64,000 bases of DNA from an uncultured Verrucomicrobiae bacterium. GTDB lineage: Bacteria; Verrucomicrobiota; Verrucomicrobiia; Chthoniobacterales; Chthoniobacteraceae. The notes under the pieces are model-generated. The model worked only from the letters and a program-made list of their open reading frames with translations. It made no database searches and had not been told where the DNA came from. The stretch is taken from assembly GCA_963836755.1 (NCBI GenBank), contig CAWIKF010000001.1, positions 288,001 through 352,000 of the forward strand, read 5' to 3'. Position numbers and translations under genes: made by a program. Below, one piece after another: positions 61,038 to 64,000 of this stretch (its first letter is position 1; each line of letters starts with the position of its first letter).

Positions 61038-61604
61038 ATGCCGATCCCTGCGGGCAAAGATCAATGGTATGCGGTGCACGTGCTTTCCGGTCAGGAAAAC
61101 AAAGTCGCCGAAAACCTCAACAAGCGCATCAAGACCGAGGAGATGAGCGACCTTGTTTACGAGGTCCTCGTCCCGACCGAGCGCGTCTCCGAAATCAAGC
61201 GCGGGAAAAAAAGCGAGACCACGCGCAAGCTCATGCCGGGCTATGTGATCGTGAACATGAACCTGCTCGACGAGAACAATCAACTCGTCGCGCGCACTTG
61301 GTATTTTGTTCGCGAAACCAACGGCGTCATCGGCATCGCCGGCGGCAAGGACAAGCCCGCGCCGATGCGCGAGAGCGACATCCAGGCCATTCTTTCGCAA
61401 GTCCGCGCGCCCGACGAAAAAATTAAGCCGAAGGTCACTTTTGAGATTGGCGAAACGGTCAAAGTAGCCGATGGTCCTTTCCAGAACCAAAGCGGCGTCG
61501 TCGAAGAAATCGATCCCGAGCGCGGCAAGCTCCGCGTCTCCGTCAGCATTTTCGGCCGATCAACTCCGGTGGAACTCGAATACTGGCAGGTCGAACGCAG
61601 CTAG
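61038..61604 (+). CDS. nusG: Transcription factor NusG
   Basis: [28 protein letters not shown]. Confidence 0.98.
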   Translation: MPIPAGKDQWYAVHVLSGQENKVAENLNKRIKTEEMSDLVYEVLVPTERVSEIKRGKKSETTRKLMPGYVIVNMNLLDENNQLVARTWYFVRETNGVIGIAGGKDKPAPMRESDIQAILSQVRAPDEKIKPKVTFEIGETVKVADGPFQNQSGVVEEIDPERGKLRVSVSIFGRSTPVELEYWQVERS

Positions 61605-61630
61605 AATTTCAACTCAACTTATTTTTCAAA

Positions 61631-62056
61631 ATGGCCAAGGAAGTCGTCGGACAAATTAAACTCCAAATCCCCGCGGGCGCCGCAAATCCCGCGCCGCCAG
61701 TCGGACCCGCGCTCGGTCAGCAAGGAGTGAACATCATGGCGTTCTGCAAGGAGTTTAACGCCGCGACGCAGAAGCAGGCAGGCGACATCCTGCCGGTCGT
61801 CATCACGGTTTACAAAGACAAGAGTTTTACTTTCATCACGAAGTCGCCGCCAGCCTCGATCCTCTTGAAGAAGGCGGCGAATATCGCCAGCGGAAGCAAG
61901 GAGCCGAACAAGCAAAAGGTCGGCAAACTTTCGAAAAAACAAGTGATGGACATCGTTAAAGTGAAGATGAAAGATTTGAACGCGCGCTCGGAGGAAGCGG
62001 CATTCAAGATCATCGCCGGAACCGCGCGCCAGATGGGCATCGAGATCGAAGCGTAA
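61631..62056 (+). CDS. rplK: 50S ribosomal protein L11
   Basis: [26 protein letters not shown]. Confidence 0.99.
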   Translation: MAKEVVGQIKLQIPAGAANPAPPVGPALGQQGVNIMAFCKEFNAATQKQAGDILPVVITVYKDKSFTFITKSPPASILLKKAANIASGSKEPNKQKVGKLSKKQVMDIVKVKMKDLNARSEEAAFKIIAGTARQMGIEIEA

Positions 62057-62078
62057 ATTTCCCACCAGTCCCCCGCGA

Positions 62079-62110
62079 AAAAGCCGGCAGTCCCCACCGC
62101 CGGCTTTTTT
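62079..62110 (+). terminator. Intrinsic terminator after rplK
   Basis: AAAAGCCGGC...GCCGGCTTTTTT hairpin with U-tract. Confidence 0.75.
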
Positions 62111-62216
62111 GTGCCCGCATCGGTTGCGCTTCGGCTTTATGATAGCGATGACGGCTTTCTCGAATCACGCTGCTGCTGCAGACGAAGGTAAAACGACAAC
62201 AAATCGATTTAGACAA

Positions 62217-62888
62217 ATGAACAACGAACTTTGGAGGCAGGTTGATGCCTACATCGCGCAAACTTTTCACAAACCCGATCCGGCCCTGGATGCCGCGCTG
62301 AAATCGAGCGCCGATGCGGACCTGCCGGCAATCAGCGTTTCGCCAAATCAAGGAAAGCTGCTCGCGCTGCTCGCGCAGATCCACGGCGCGCGTCGGATTT
62401 TGGAAATCGGCACGCTCGGCGGCTACAGCACGATCTGGCTCGCACGCACGCTGCCTAAAACCGGTTGTTTAACGACCCTCGAATTCGAGCCGAAGAACGC
62501 CGAAATCGCGCGCGAAAATGTTTCGCGTGCCGGACTGGCCGACGTGGTGGAATTCCGGATCGGGAAGGCGCTGGAAACTTTGCCGCAACTTTTTGCCGAA
62601 AAACGCGAGCCGTTCGATTTCATTTTCATCGATGCCGACAAGGAAAATTATGCCGGCTATTTTGAATGGGCGCTCAAGCTTTCGCGGCCCGGCACAGTGA
62701 TCATCGCGGACAACGTCGTGCGCAACGGCGCGGTGATTGATCCGGGCAGCGACGACCCGCGCGTGCAGGGCGTGCGGCGTTTCAACGAGCTCGTTGCCGC
62801 TGAACCGCGCGTCGATGCGACAGCGATCCAGACTGTCGGCAGCAAAGGCTATGACGGCTTCGTGATTGCGGTCGTGACCGGGGATTAA
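62217..62888 (+). CDS. O-methyltransferase (caffeoyl-CoA OMT / Methyltransf_3-like)
   Basis: ILEIGTLGGYSTIW, FDFIFIDADK, IADNVVRNG, KGYDGF; start set to ATG 62217. Confidence 0.92.
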   Translation: MNNELWRQVDAYIAQTFHKPDPALDAALKSSADADLPAISVSPNQGKLLALLAQIHGARRILEIGTLGGYSTIWLARTLPKTGCLTTLEFEPKNAEIARENVSRAGLADVVEFRIGKALETLPQLFAEKREPFDFIFIDADKENYAGYFEWALKLSRPGTVIIADNVVRNGAVIDPGSDDPRVQGVRRFNELVAAEPRVDATAIQTVGSKGYDGFVIAVVTGD

Positions 62889-62907
62889 TTTTTACCGAAA
62901 AAACTTC

Positions 62908-62985
62908 TTGCATTCGGTTTCATCGCGAGCATACTTCGCGTCCCATTTTACCGCAGGAGTGCCCGTTCAGGCTCGCTAGCACTGC
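62908..62985 (+). promoter_or_regulatory. rplA promoter and putative L1-binding leader
   Basis: TTGCAT-N16-CATACT; GCAG-GAG...A-CTGC stem resembling the L1 autoregulatory site just before the rplA ATG. Confidence 0.55.
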
Positions 62986-62993
62986 AAAAAACC

Positions 62994-63695
62994 ATGGCAA
63001 CAAACCGCAGCAAACGTTATCGCGCAGCCACTGAAAAAGTGGATGCAAAAAAAGCATATTCGCTCGACGAAGCCGTCAGCGTCTTGAAATCGCTCCCGCC
63101 GACAAAGTTCGACCAGACGGTCACGCTTTCGTTCCGGCTCGGCGTCGATCCTCGTCAATCTGACCAGATGGTGCGCGGCACTTGTCCGCTGCCGAACGGT
63201 TCTGGAAAAAATGTGCGCGTGCTCGTTTTTGCCGAAGGCGACGCGGCGACGGCGGCGAAGAGTGCCGGCGCGGAGTTCGTCGGTTTTAAAGATTTGATCG
63301 CGAAGGTGACGGAAGGTTTTCAGGATTTCGACGTCGCGGTTGCGACCCCGGCGGCGATGGCGGAAGTCCGCAAGCTGGGCAAAGTGCTCGGACCGCGCGG
63401 GCTGATGCCGAATCCGAAGACGGGCACGGTCACCGACGATACCGCAAAGGCCGTGAAGGAAGTCAAAGCCGGCCGCGTGGAATTTAAGCTCGACAAAAAC
63501 GGGAATGTCGCGGTGCCGGTGGGCAAATTTTCTTTCGAAGCAAAAGCGCTCAGCGAGAATGGCGCGGCGGTGATTGACGCAGTCGCCAAAGCCCGTCCGG
63601 CGACGGCAAAAGGTGTGTTCATTGAAAACGTGACGCTGGCGGCGACGATGCTGCCAGGCTTGCGCGTGGACGCGTCGGCATTTCTGAAAAGCTAA
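62994..63695 (+). CDS. rplA: 50S ribosomal protein L1
   Basis: [35 protein letters not shown]. Confidence 0.99.
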   Translation: MATNRSKRYRAATEKVDAKKAYSLDEAVSVLKSLPPTKFDQTVTLSFRLGVDPRQSDQMVRGTCPLPNGSGKNVRVLVFAEGDAATAAKSAGAEFVGFKDLIAKVTEGFQDFDVAVATPAAMAEVRKLGKVLGPRGLMPNPKTGTVTDDTAKAVKEVKAGRVEFKLDKNGNVAVPVGKFSFEAKALSENGAAVIDAVAKARPATAKGVFIENVTLAATMLPGLRVDASAFLKS

Positions 63696-63710
63696 AACGG
63701 AACGACCAAC

Positions 63711-64000
63711 ATGAGACCTGAAAAAGCAAGTGTGGTGGAAGATTTGCAGACGAAGCTGAATGCTTCGCCGTTTCTTTTTGTCGCCGATTACACGGGGCTG
63801 AAAGTTGATCAGTTCAGCGAGTTGCGCACGCGTCTCGCGAGCGTCGGCGCGCGTTGCCACGTCGTCAAGAATACGTTTCTGCGCCGTGCAGCGAAAGAAG
63901 CGGGGCTGCCCGAAATGGGCGAGCTCAAGGGCCAAAGCGCGATCATCGTCGGCGACAAAGATGTGGCGGCGGCGGCGAAAATTTTAAAGAGCTATGCGGC
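63711..64000 (+). CDS. rplJ: 50S ribosomal protein L10 (partial, runs off the window)
   Basis: Manual translation MRPEKASVVEDL...ADYTGLKVDQFSELR...VVKNTFLRRA. Confidence 0.95.
   Translation, partial: MRPEKASVVEDLQTKLNASPFLFVADYTGLKVDQFSELRTRLASVGARCHVVKNTFLRRAAKEAGLPEMGELKGQSAIIVGDKDVAAAAKILKSYA

Overview
GC-rich bacterial chromosomal segment, most consistent with Verrucomicrobiota of the Chthoniobacter/Spartobacteria type (inferred from a Verru_Chthon cassette A-like gene, TIGR03790-like and DUF2851-like genes). Most of it is housekeeping: cysS, ispF, coaB/coaC, gmk, trpB, manC, ruvX, truA, purN, folP-cdaA-glmM-bioD, tyrS, recN, pckG, mazG, and tRNA-Thr-tuf-tRNA-Trp-secE-nusG-rplK-rplA-rplJ. 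Notable non-core content: (i) an ebo-like cluster eboC-F-D-E at the left edge, with eboE missing from the ORF track; (ii) a ~9 kb accessory block holding a lone Verru_Chthon cassette protein A and four secreted esterases; (iii) two related intergenic arrays of 21/20-bp palindromic repeats (22999-23310 and 57918-58146) that share a flank and both point into an esterase gene, the least explained structure here; (iv) an operon with an M29-fold metalloenzyme, a stand-alone OvoA-C-type methyltransferase and a thiol/halide methyltransferase; (v) a 39-aa histone-H1-like peptide and a TM-only mini-CdaR; (vi) a structured terminator/antiterminator-like leader before tRNA-Thr-tuf; (vii) an O-methyltransferase inserted between rplK and rplA. 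Three genes carry apparent single-base insertions, possibly sequencing errors. All family assignments are motif recognition by eye; no searches were run.
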